DNA of 64,000 bases from Ostreococcus lucimarinus (lineage: Eukaryota). Shown here piece after piece: positions 1 to 8,886 of this stretch (the first letter of the stretch is position 1; each line of letters opens with the position of its first letter). A program made the translations under genes and the position numbers. The stretch lies in assembly GCA_000092065.1 (NCBI GenBank), contig CP000600.1; one strand, 5' to 3'. The notes under the pieces were generated by a model that had not been told where the DNA came from, ran no database searches, and saw only the letters and a list, made by a program, of their open reading frames with translations.

Positions 1-84
1 AAGAAGGCGGCCAAGTCGCCGACCGCGGCCAAGGAGGCGCTCGCGAAGTGGTACGGTGCGTATCTTTTAAAGGCGATCGGATAG
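1..84 (+). CDS. Possible 3'-terminal coding fragment of an upstream gene. Frame 1 reads ...KKAAKSPTAAKEALAKWYGAYLLKAIG and then a stop.
   Basis: Open frame from the window edge to TAG near 82-84. There is no homology I can name and no start codon, because the gene begins upstream of the window. Confidence 0.12.
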   Translation, partial: KKAAKSPTAAKEALAKWYGAYLLKAIG

Positions 85-323
85 GATCGTTCGACGCGCG
101 CGACGACGCGCGGACGCGCACAGGACGCGCGCGCGCGATGGGAATCGATCGTTAAGTGCGCGTTCGCGCGAACGGGGCGACGCGGGACGCGCGCGCGGGA
201 GGACGCGTGGCGGAAATCGGAAGATATGGTTGCGATCGCGCGCGCGGGACGGAGGCGGGACGCGGGACGGACGCGCGCGAGGGACGATAGAGCGGGCGCG
301 AGGGACGCGCGGCACGCGGGGGG

Positions 324-1152
324 GTGAGAAGGGCGAAGGAAACGCGCGCGATGGGGAGACTGACGATGCGCGACGACGCGTTCGACGCAGGTCCGGACCG
401 TAAGTTGTACTTGCCGGGCGGCCTCTTGACCAAGGCGGATTTGCCGAGCTACCTCGACGGTACGCTCGCGGGTGATTACGGCTTCGACCCGCTCGGCCTC
501 GGCGCCGACGGTGCGATCAAGCAATACCGCGTCGCGGAAGTCATCCACGCTCGATGGGCGATGCTCGCGATCCCGGGTGTCGTCATCCCGGAGGCGCTCG
601 GCTTGCCGGGCGGCGTCTGGACGGAAACCGGCAAGGTGTTCCTCGACGGCGAAACCGGCCGTCCGTTCTTCCTCGAGAACCCGATCGTGTTCGCGGCCGT
701 CCAAGTTGCGCTCATGGCTGGTGTCGAGCAATTCCGCTCGAGCGGTGAAGGTCCGGCCGGTTTCGTGCCGTTCAAGGGCAAGTTCGACGAGTCGGCGTTC
801 AAGGGCCTCGACCCGATCAACCCGGGTGGCCCGCTCGACTTCTTCAACGTCGCCTCCAACCCGCAAGACTTGGCCCTCTTGAAGGTCAAGGAAATCAAGA
901 ACGGTCGCTTGGCGATGATCGCCATGTTGGGCGTCTTCGTGCAAGGTCTTACCACCGGTGAAGGTCCGGCTGCCAACTGGGGCAAGCACGTCGCCGATCC
1001 GTTCGGTACGTAACGCGCGCGCGCGCCTCGCCCATCGACGACCGCGTTCGCGTGTTTTCCACGAGCACTCACTGACCCCGCTATCTCTCGTCTCCCACGC
1101 AGGTTACAACTTCGTCACCCTTCAAGCCGTCGACCGCACGCCGGTTCTTTAA
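324..1152 (+). CDS. LHC: Light-harvesting chlorophyll a/b-binding protein (LHC superfamily, Lhcb-like). The main exon is 324 (first ATG at 351) to about 1005. A probable 97-nt intron spans about 1006-1102, followed by a 3' exon 1103-1152.
   Basis: The translation contains GPDRKLYLPGG...PSYLDGTLAGDYGFDPLGLG, the helix-1 motif YRVAEVIHARWAMLA and the helix-3 motif KNGRLAMIAMLG. These are the classic Chl a/b LHC signatures (ELEVIHSRWAML type) rather than the FCP type. The stop after ...ADPFGT sits inside a GGTACGT donor. A CACGCAG acceptor at about 1096-1102 lets the reading frame continue as YNFVTLQAVDRTPVL*, which gives a C-terminal tail of normal length after the ADP motif. No transit peptide is encoded in this ORF, so a missing 5' exon is possible. 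Confidence 0.85.
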
Positions 1153-1392
1153 GCGCGAGTTTGAAACAATTTTTCAAACTTTTGTGACGCGACCTGTTCA
1201 TGTATAGCCGCTCGACCGGCTCGCTCGTTCACTTGTAACGGAAGACCGTGATATTCAACCACGACGCGCTCGACGCGTCGGCGCGCGACGCGTCACATCA
1301 CCGATAGCTGCCGCCAGCGCGCATCTCTCTCCAGTCGTCGCCGCGTCGCCGCGCGCGCCGCGCCGCACTCGGCGCCTCCGCGCGGCGTCGTC

Positions 1393-2592
1393 ATGGCATC
1401 CATCGCCATCGCCCGCGCGTCGACGTCGTCCCGCGCCCGCGCGACGACGATCCGATCGAAGTCGCCTTCATCGACGCCTCCGCCGTCGCCGGCGCGTCGA
1501 ACGCGCGCGCGCGCGTCGATCGTCGACGACGCGCGCGCGGTCGCGTCCATCGGCAGCGCGACGCCGAAACGCCGTCGTCGCGCGCCGACGCGCGGCGACG
1601 TCGCGGCGGCGCATCGCGCGACGGCGGCAGAAGCGTCCGCGGCGACGCCGAGCTCGAACGAGACGTCGGCGACGTCGAGCATCGTCACGCTGCTCGTCGC
1701 GGGCGTGGCGAGCGTCGGTTGCATCGCGGCGACGCACGCGGCGCGAGGTCCGCACGCGCGCGCGATCGGATCGATGGCGCTGGGGTTGTTGCTCGCGCTC
1801 GTGGGGTACAAGAAAAAGTCGCTCGACGAAAGCGGGGCGCTCGCGGCGATCGGGGTGGGGTTCGGGAGTATTTACGCGGATGTTCGATTCGGCGCCGCGC
1901 TCGCGGCGTTCTTCTTCGCGTCGAGCGCGGTGACGCGCGTGCGGTCGGACGTGAAGAAGCGGGTGGATGAACACTTTAAAGTCGGTGGTGGGCGCGATTG
2001 GGTGCAAGTGTTCGCGAATGGGTTCGTGCCGACGGTCATCGCGCTCGCGTTCGCGTCGGGCGGTTTCGGCGCCGAGGCGACGAGCGCTTTGGCGAGCGCG
2101 TACCTCGGATATTACGCGTGCTGCGGCGGCGATACGTTTGCGAGTGAGCTCGGGGTTTTGTCAAAATCCAAGCCCAGGTTGATCATCGACTGGCGGCGCG
2201 AGGTCGCCGCGGGAACGAACGGCGGCGTCACCGCGTTGGGCTGGGTCGCGAGCGCGAGCGGCGGCGCCGTCGTCGGCGCGGCGTTCCATCTAGGTCAATC
2301 AGCCCTTCGCGCGGTCGCGACCGACGGCGGCGCGCTCGTCGCGCCCTCTAACGCCGCGTCAGTGATCGCATTCGGTGCCGTCGCCGGCGTCTTCGGCTCG
2401 CTCGTGGACAGCGTTCTCGGCGCCACGATTCAATACTCGGGCTTTTGCGAAGAGCGTCAAAAAGTCGTCAGCAAACCCGGGCCCACGGTGACCCGCATCA
2501 GTGGTTCAGAATTCCTCAGCAATAGCGCGGTGAATTTGGTGTCCGGCGTGATAACCGCCGTCGTCGCCGCGTGGCTGTCGCCTTTGTTGTAA
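1393..2592 (+). CDS. DUF92 family integral membrane protein (TMEM19 / plant VTE6 phytyl-phosphate kinase family), with an S/R/A-rich N-terminal organelle-targeting region.
   Basis: ATG at 1393. The translation has multiple TM helices and the conserved GGDTFASELG motif (YYACCGGDTFASELGVLSKSKPRLI) typical of DUF92/COG1836. The N-terminus is rich in R, S, A and T, as expected for a targeting peptide. Confidence 0.7.
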   Translation: MASIAIARASTSSRARATTIRSKSPSSTPPPSPARRTRARASIVDDARAVASIGSATPKRRRRAPTRGDVAAAHRATAAEASAATPSSNETSATSSIVTLLVAGVASVGCIAATHAARGPHARAIGSMALGLLLALVGYKKKSLDESGALAAIGVGFGSIYADVRFGAALAAFFFASSAVTRVRSDVKKRVDEHFKVGGGRDWVQVFANGFVPTVIALAFASGGFGAEATSALASAYLGYYACCGGDTFASELGVLSKSKPRLIIDWRREVAAGTNGGVTALGWVASASGGAVVGAAFHLGQSALRAVATDGGALVAPSNAASVIAFGAVAGVFGSLVDSVLGATIQYSGFCEERQKVVSKPGPTVTRISGSEFLSNSAVNLVSGVITAVVAAWLSPLL

Positions 2593-2654
2593 CGCATCGC
2601 GCCGCGGCGCCGTCGCGCGCGTCTTCCCGTCGCCTCACCTCGCGCCTCTCCCCG

Positions 2655-3041
2655 ATGTTCCCTCCCCGCGCCGGTCAGTGCGCGTGCGTCATCGACGGCG
2701 CGCACACCGAGTTCTTGATCACCGAGTACGCCGACCGCGTCCTCGTCGTCGCGACGCAGATCGGTAAACTCGGCACGGTGTTTCATCTCTCTCGCAGTCA
2801 ATCGGTCGAGCTCAGCGATCCCTCCTACGAGGACGACGGCGAGACGATGGACGACGCGACGGCGAGCATGGACACCGTCATCGCGCGCACGGTGATCGGC
2901 AGGCGCGACGACGACGCGCTGCGGGCGTGCGCGAGAAGGATAGCGGACGTGCTGTTCACCGAAGGTTTGGAAAAGTGCGTCGAGCGACGCCGCGACGAGA
3001 CGACGCGCGAACGCGACGACGACGCGCGAACGCCAGACTGA
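2655..3041 (+). CDS. PSMG3: Proteasome assembly chaperone 3 (PSMG3/PAC3)-like small protein.
   Basis: From the internal ATG at 2655 (the upstream part of the ORF overlaps the previous gene), the sequence AHTEFLITEYADRVLVVATQIGKLGTVFHLSRSQS aligns with human PSMG3 (QVVCTAFSSHILVVVTQFGKMGTLVSLEPSS). The length is about 128 aa, as for PSMG3. Confidence 0.55.
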   Translation: MFPPRAGQCACVIDGAHTEFLITEYADRVLVVATQIGKLGTVFHLSRSQSVELSDPSYEDDGETMDDATASMDTVIARTVIGRRDDDALRACARRIADVLFTEGLEKCVERRRDETTRERDDDARTPD

Positions 3042-3261
3042 CGCGAAAACGCCGGGCGCGCGATTTTTACGACGCGCAGGCCGATCGTGTGCGCGCTGGG
3101 GTTGCGGTCGGACGCGAGCTTGGAGGCGAAGCGGGCGGTGGCGCGAGTCGCCGTCGAACGCGGTCGCGAGTTGTTGGCGGCGTCGCGCGCCGCGGAGGGA
3201 AGCGGAAGTCGTAGTTTTGATTAGCGTGCGCAGTGCTGTGCAATACATAGATGTTGATAGG

Positions 3262-4341
3262 TTAGAGCTCGTCTTTGGTGGTGGGATCGAACGCGCACGA
3301 GCCGTCGCCGGCGTCGGAGGCGCACGCCTCTTTCGCTCGCGCCTCCGCCTCCGCCTTCAGCTTTGCCTGTGCGATCTTCTCTTCGAGATTGCGATAATCT
3401 TTCGTCTCATCGTGCGTCATTGTAGCGTTCGTGCCGTTGACGTTGACCACGACGTCGCCGCTTTGCGAGTTTTTGACGTTCAAGTCGTCCACCGTCGTAT
3501 TCAGCAATTTGTCGATATCTACGTCGATGCCTTGCGCCTCGACGTGTTCCTTGAATCGCTCCGCACCCTCCTTTTGCAGCCGGCGCTTCTTCTCCGCCCC
3601 GGTTTCCAATTCATCCGCGCCGGCATTCCTTAGTATCTCGGCGATCTCGCGTTCGCCCATCAGCATGGCGAGCTTTTGCGCCGATAGCCCCAAGTCCATC
3701 ATCGGTGTCTTTTGCACGTAATTGACCACAGCTCCGGCCTCGACCAAGATCCGTACGCACTCCGCGCACTTGGATAACACCGAACGCATGAGCACGGTGT
3801 ACCCGATCGCGTCAATCTCGTTTACGTTGGCGCCGTAATCGATCAACAAATCCATCGCTCGCGCGTTTCCTAAGAACGCCGCCTTCATGATCGGCACGTA
3901 ATGCCGCGTCTCTCCCAACTTTTGACACTTCTCTCTCAAATTCGGCTTCCATCTCAACAAATCTTCGAGCTCCTCCATATCGTCGTCATCGATCGCCTCG
4001 TGTATCGAACCGATCGCGCTCTCGCCTTCGCCGAGCTCGGGATCGTACGGCTTAAATTCCTCCTCCTCGACCGGCTTCTTCGCCGCCTTCTTCACCGACT
4101 TCTTCCGTCGCTTCTTTTCCTTGATCACCGATTCGACCGATTCCACGTCCACGGGCACCTCCTCCCTCTTCGCGTCCGCGACGACGTTCGCCGTCGCCGT
4201 CTCGCCGTCCGCCGCCGTCGCCGCGTCGCTCTCCCCGTTCCACCCGAAATTCGCCTCGCACGCGCGCGCGCGCACCGCGACGACGATCGCGCACGCGCAC
4301 GCCAGGACGATTTTCGCGCCGCGTCCGCGCGCGCGTCGTCG

Positions 4342-4373
<32 letters not shown>

Positions 4374-4395
4374 TCGATGATTCCGCGAGCACCAT
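3262..4395 (-). CDS. Ankyrin-repeat protein with an N-terminal hydrophobic signal/anchor and a C-terminal KDEL ER-retention motif.
   Basis: Start at the ATG at 4395 (MVLAESSTTTTTTTTATT...IVLACACAIVVAV, a hydrophobic segment). Ankyrin repeats appear in the segments PIMKAAFLGNARAMDLLIDYGANVNEIDAIGYTVLMRSV and CAECVRILVEAGAVVNYV. The protein ends ...DPTTKDEL*. The upstream R-rich part of the 642-aa ORF is a GC-bias artefact. Confidence 0.6.
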
Positions 4396-4542
4396 CTCGC
4401 GCGCGTCCGGCCGCGCGCGCGTCCCGCGTCCCGCGTCCGTCCCGCGCCGCGCGCCGCGTCCCGCGCGTCCGTCCTCGCGGCTCGCGTCGCGCGCGCGCGT
4501 CGCGCGCGGTCGTGTGTCGTCGCCACTCGTCGACGCGACGCG

Positions 4543-6207
4543 ATGGCGACGCGCGCCGCGCTGTCGACGCGGCCGGCGCCGGCGCGCGCGCGCGCGCGTC
4601 CCGCGCGGCGCGCGACGATCGCGCGCGCGCGCGACGCGGACGTCGTCGTCGTCGGCGCCGGTCTCGGCGGCCTGAGCGCGGCGGCGCTGCTCGCGTCGCG
4701 GGGACTGCGCGTGACCGTGCTCGAGGCGCACGTCGTCGCGGGCGGCGCCGCGCACGCGTGGACGCGCGGTGGATACACGTTCGAATCCGGACCGTCGCTG
4801 TACTCGGGGCTGGAGGCGCGACCGACGACGAACCCGATGGGACAGGTGCTGCACGCGATCGACGAACGCGTGGCGTGCGCGCGGTACAACACGTGGACGT
4901 GTCACCTGCCGGAGGGAACGTTCGTGACGGAGGTCGGGAACGATCAGTTCTTGGAGGTGCTGCGAGAGTACGTGGATGAGGAGGCGTGCGAGGAGTGGAC
5001 GCGGTTGAAGGCGCTGATGGAACCGCTGGCGACGGCGAGCGCGTCGCTGCCGCCGGCGGCGGTGCGAAGCGACGTCGGAGGGGCGTTCACGCTGGCGCGA
5101 TTCGTGCCGGGATTGGTGCGATCGGCGCCGTACATCGGGAAGATTATGGCGCCGTATAGCAAGTTTATGGCGGAGAACGACATCAAGCACCCGTTCATTC
5201 GTAATTACATGGAGATGCTCTGTTTTTTGCTCAGCGGGGCGCCCGCGAGCGGAACGATGGCGGCGGAGATCGGATACATGTTTGACGATTGGTACAAGCC
5301 AAACTCGATGCTCGAGTTTCCGATGGGCGGGAGCGGAGCGATCGTGGACGCGCTCGTGCGAGGGCTGAAGAAGTTTGGCGGCGAGCTAGAGCTCGGGACA
5401 CACGTCGAGGAAATCATCGTCGAAGGCGAAGGCAAGGAGAAGCGCGCGACGGGCGTGCGGACGAGAGACGGAAAGGTTTACAAGGCTAACAAGGCTGTGA
5501 TATCGAACGCAACGCTCTGGGACACGGTACCGATGCTACCACCGGATGCGATGCCTCGAGAGTGGATAGAAGAAGCGACATCGACGGCGATGTGCGAGTC
5601 GTTCATGCACTTGCATCTCGGCATCGACGCCGCCGGCCTTCCCGATGACTTAGAGATTCATCACATTTACGTCGAAGATTGGGATCGCGGCGTCACGGCG
5701 GAGCAAAACATGGTGCTCGTGAGCATTCCTTCCGTACTCGACCCCTCGATGGCGCCCGAGGGCAAGCACGTGATTCACGCGTACACGCCCGGAAACGAGC
5801 CCCTCGATATTTGGGACGGGCTCGACCGTAACTCGGACGAGTACAAAAAGTTGAAGGAGGAACGCTCGCAAGTGCTTTGGAAAGCTGTAGAAAAGATCAT
5901 CCCAGACGTGCGCAAACGCTGCGAAATCACGATGGTCGGCACGCCCGTGACGCAAAAGAGATTCTTGCGAAGGGCGAAGGGCACGTACGGGGGCACGGGT
6001 TGGATATCCGAGGATCAAGACAGCATTCCGATCACGAGCGCGTCGACGCCGCTTCCAGGCCTGCTTGTCGTCGGCGACTCTAACTTTCCCGGCCCTGGCG
6101 TCCCGGCCGTAGCCGCGGGCGGTTGGAGCGCGGCGAATGAATTGATTTCGCCGCTTCAAACCGCCGCTTTGCTCGACAAAGTGTGTCCTCCGGGGACGTC
6201 AAAGTGA
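4543..6207 (+). CDS. CRTISO-like: FAD-dependent carotenoid isomerase-like oxidoreductase (CRTISO / phytoene-desaturase superfamily), plastid-targeted.
   Basis: An R/A-rich N-terminal presequence is followed by the dinucleotide-binding motif DVVVVGAGLGGLSAAALLASRGLRVTVLEAHVVAGGAAH. The C-terminal GTYGGTGW...LLVVGDSNFPGPGVPAVAAGGWSAANEL matches the CRTISO terminus (GTYGP...[21 protein letters not shown]). Confidence 0.72.
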   Translation: MATRAALSTRPAPARARARPARRATIARARDADVVVVGAGLGGLSAAALLASRGLRVTVLEAHVVAGGAAHAWTRGGYTFESGPSLYSGLEARPTTNPMGQVLHAIDERVACARYNTWTCHLPEGTFVTEVGNDQFLEVLREYVDEEACEEWTRLKALMEPLATASASLPPAAVRSDVGGAFTLARFVPGLVRSAPYIGKIMAPYSKFMAENDIKHPFIRNYMEMLCFLLSGAPASGTMAAEIGYMFDDWYKPNSMLEFPMGGSGAIVDALVRGLKKFGGELELGTHVEEIIVEGEGKEKRATGVRTRDGKVYKANKAVISNATLWDTVPMLPPDAMPREWIEEATSTAMCESFMHLHLGIDAAGLPDDLEIHHIYVEDWDRGVTAEQNMVLVSIPSVLDPSMAPEGKHVIHAYTPGNEPLDIWDGLDRNSDEYKKLKEERSQVLWKAVEKIIPDVRKRCEITMVGTPVTQKRFLRRAKGTYGGTGWISEDQDSIPITSASTPLPGLLVVGDSNFPGPGVPAVAAGGWSAANELISPLQTAALLDKVCPPGTSK

Positions 6208-6354
6208 GGCTGTGATTCATTTTTAGAACTCATTTCGTTATATTAAGTAAAGAATTAAGAGTCGTAAGAGTTAATTTCAGAGCGCTGTAACGTGTAAGAC
6301 GCGCTCACTGCGGCTGAGCGGATTCGCCGCCGCGACGTTCTCGTCGTCGCGCGA

Positions 6355-6900
6355 TCAAGCCGCCGGAGGCACGTCGTCTCCGTCGTCGTCGTCAGCCATG
6401 AACGCATCCTTCGCCGACGCCTCGTGCGAGGCATGTCTCGATCCCTTTCCAGAGTGTTTTTCCTTGTGCTTTCGGATCGCTCTCGTCACGATATCCGCGC
6501 ACGAATCAATCGTCGCGTACAAGTTCTCTCCCGTCCCGTCGGCGTGCAGCGTCGTCCCTCGCGTCATCAAAACCGTCACCTCCGTCTTGTGTTCGTGCCC
6601 GCCTCGAGAATCCTCCCCGCCGCGCGCGCTGCATCGCACGTCCACCTCACGAATTTCCCTCGGATCCACGTGCGAGCACGCCTTCCCGATCTTCGCGCGG
6701 CAGTACTCGTCGATCGCCGGCGTGATCTCCAAATGCAGCCCTTGGACGAGCATCTTCACGTCCGATCCCGCGTTCGCCGCGCGCACGCGCACCGCGCCGC
6801 GCGCGCCCCCCCCCCGCGCGGAGCATTTTCGCGCGCGCGTCCACCGCGCGTCGCGCACCGCGCTCGCGCCGCACGACGTCCTCGGCACCGCGTTCGACAT
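6355..6900 (-). CDS. HPF/PSRP1: Ribosome hibernation promoting factor / plastid-specific ribosomal protein 1 (HPF/RaiA/S30EA family) with a transit peptide.
   Basis: ATG at 6900 on the minus strand. After an R-rich presequence of about 45 aa, the sequence MLVQGLHLEITPAIDEYCRAKIGKA...TEVTVLMTRGTTLHADGTGENLYATIDSCADIVTRAIRKHKEKH matches bacterial HPF (ITPALRDYVEKKL...MYAAIDLLIDKLERQLKKHKEK). The gene lies antisense within the N-terminal extension of the HisRS-frame ORF. Confidence 0.75.
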   Translation of the reverse strand: MSNAVPRTSCGASAVRDARWTRARKCSARGGGARGAVRVRAANAGSDVKMLVQGLHLEITPAIDEYCRAKIGKACSHVDPREIREVDVRCSARGGEDSRGGHEHKTEVTVLMTRGTTLHADGTGENLYATIDSCADIVTRAIRKHKEKHSGKGSRHASHEASAKDAFMADDDDGDDVPPAA

Positions 6901-6925
6901 CCTCGGTCGTTACGCGTCGTTCGCG
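6901..6925. promoter_or_regulatory. 25-bp spacer between the divergent start codons of the HPF gene (minus) and the HisRS gene (plus). A bidirectional promoter or overlapping 5' ends are implied.
   Basis: The ATG of HPF is at 6900 on the minus strand and the ATG of HisRS is at 6926 on the plus strand. Confidence 0.4.
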
Positions 6926-8776
6926 ATGTTTTCAAGATTACTTTCGCGCCCCTCTCGCGTCTCTTCCGGCGCGCGTCTCGCGCGCGCGACGCTCGACGCG
7001 GTGCGACGAGAATTCGTCCTCGCGTTCGCGCGCGCGTCGAGTCGATCGCGCGTTCGACGGCGCGGCGTTCGCGTCGTAATGTGCGATCGATCCGTCGATC
7101 GCGATCCACGTCAGATTTTCAGCGCGCGCGATCGCTCGCTCGATCGATCGATCGCGCGATCGGCGATCGAACCTCGCGAAGAGGTTTCGCGGCGTCGGTC
7201 GATCGACGATGCGAGTTTCGAGGCGCGCGCGCGCGATCGATCGAGCGGCACTGCGCGACGCGCGCGCGCGTCGTCGACGATGCGCGCGCGACTCGTCGCG
7301 TCGAGCGCGCGGTTGTGCGCGCGACGCGCGGTGAGGGCGCGACGGGAGTGCGCGCGGGCGTGCGCGACGACGCCGGGGGCGAGAGTCGCGCCGCGACGGG
7401 CGTGGGGGACGCGAACGCGCGCGACGTCGTCGCGAGGGGGCGACGGCGGACGGACGACGACGACGGTGGATCCGACGCGCGCGAGCGAGCGCGGGGCGAA
7501 GCGGGCGACGATCGATCTGCAGCCGCCGAAGGGGACGCGAGATTTCCCGCCGGAGGAGATGCGACAGCGGTCGTGGCTGTTTGGACACTTTCGAGAGTGC
7601 GCGAAGGTTTTCGGGTTCGACGAGTTCGACGCGCCGGTGCTGGAGAGCGAGGAACTGTTCACGAGGAAGGCTGGGGAAGAGATCACGACGCAGTTGTATA
7701 ACTTTTCGGATAAGGGCGATCGCAGGGTGGCGCTGAGGCCGGAGTTGACGCCGTCGTTCGCGCGGTTGATTTTGCAGCAAGGCAAGTCGTTGGCGTTGCC
7801 GGCGAAGTGGTTCGCGATCGGGCAGTGCTGGAGATACGAGCGCATGACGCGAGGAAGACGTCGGGAGCATTATCAGTGGAATATGGACATCGTCGGCGTG
7901 AGCGGGGTGGAGGCGGAGGCGGAGTTGTTGGCGGCCATTACGACGTTTTTCAAGAGGGTGGGGGTGACGAGCGCCGACGTAGGCATCAAGGTGAGCTCGC
8001 GAAAGCTGTTGCAGGAGGTGTTGACGCGGTTCGGGATCGACAGCGAATCTTTCGCGCCCGTGTGTGTGGTGGTGGATAAGATTGAAAAGCTCCCGCGCGA
8101 AAAGATTGAGGAAGAGCTCAGAGAGCTCGGCGTGAGCGACGAGGCGGTGGAGGGCATCTTGGCGGCGACGTCGATGCGCACGGTAGAAGAGCTCGAGGCC
8201 CTCATCGGCCCGGACGCGGAGGCGGTGAAGGACTTAAAGAAGCTTTTTGAGTACGCCGATGCGTACGGCTACCGAGATTGGCTCGTGTTCGACGCGTGCG
8301 TCGTTCGCGGTTTGGCGTACTACACGGGCATCGTCTTCGAAGGTTTCGATCGCGCGGGCGAACTTCGCGCCATCTGCGGTGGCGGGCGATACGACATGCT
8401 TCTTGGGGCGTTAGGCGGCGAGAATCAACCCATGGTCGGGTTCGGGTTCGGCGACGCCGTCATCGTGGAGCTGCTCAAGGATAAGGGTTTGATGCCCGAC
8501 TTTTCCAAGGGCGACGTCCAAGACTTGGTGTTCCCGCTCGGCGAGTCGCTGCGCCCGGCGGCGATGCGCGTCGCCGCCCAGCTTCGCGACGCCGGTCGCA
8601 CCGTTGATCTCATCCTCGAAGACAAGAAAGCGAAATGGGCGTTCAAGCAAGCCGAACGCGTCGGCGCCCAACGCGTCATTTTGCTCGGCGAAAAGGAATG
8701 GGAAGCGGGGAACGTTCGCGTCAAAGACTTAGCCAGCCGCGAAGAGGTCGACGTCAAATTGGAAGATCTCAAATAA
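6926..8776 (+). CDS. HARS: Histidyl-tRNA synthetase (class II aaRS) with a mitochondrial/plastid-type presequence.
   Basis: The first ATG after the HPF gene (MFSRLLSRPSRVSS..., an amphipathic presequence). The body contains LQPPKGTRDFPPEEM, FDAPVLE, LRPELTPSFARL and ALPAKWFAIGQCWRYERMTRGRRREHYQWNMDIVG (motif 2), the GGGRYD HisRS motif, and a C-terminal anticodon-binding domain (AQRVILLGEKEWEAGNVRVKDL). Confidence 0.88.
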   Translation: MFSRLLSRPSRVSSGARLARATLDAVRREFVLAFARASSRSRVRRRGVRVVMCDRSVDRDPRQIFSARDRSLDRSIARSAIEPREEVSRRRSIDDASFEARARDRSSGTARRARASSTMRARLVASSARLCARRAVRARRECARACATTPGARVAPRRAWGTRTRATSSRGGDGGRTTTTVDPTRASERGAKRATIDLQPPKGTRDFPPEEMRQRSWLFGHFRECAKVFGFDEFDAPVLESEELFTRKAGEEITTQLYNFSDKGDRRVALRPELTPSFARLILQQGKSLALPAKWFAIGQCWRYERMTRGRRREHYQWNMDIVGVSGVEAEAELLAAITTFFKRVGVTSADVGIKVSSRKLLQEVLTRFGIDSESFAPVCVVVDKIEKLPREKIEEELRELGVSDEAVEGILAATSMRTVEELEALIGPDAEAVKDLKKLFEYADAYGYRDWLVFDACVVRGLAYYTGIVFEGFDRAGELRAICGGGRYDMLLGALGGENQPMVGFGFGDAVIVELLKDKGLMPDFSKGDVQDLVFPLGESLRPAAMRVAAQLRDAGRTVDLILEDKKAKWAFKQAERVGAQRVILLGEKEWEAGNVRVKDLASREEVDVKLEDLK

Positions 8777-8886
8777 TTAATAAATGATGCATTATCACTT
8801 TCAAATTGGAAGGTCTAAAATAATTGATGCGTTCTCACTCTCGGCAAACATCCACGAATCCGTGAGACGCGCGCGCGCGACTTCTC

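Noticed and set aside
4396-5190. Upstream roughly 265 codons of the 642-aa minus-strand ORF (R/Q/H-rich).
   Set aside because: Low-complexity Arg-rich translation, antisense to the well-supported CRTISO-like gene. GC-rich, stop-poor sequence produces such ORFs in every frame. The real gene starts at the ATG at 4395.
6398-6925. N-terminal roughly 176 codons of the 792-aa HisRS-frame ORF.
   Set aside because: Overlaps antisense with the homology-supported HPF gene and begins at a non-ATG codon. HisRS has a good presequence-bearing ATG at 6926.
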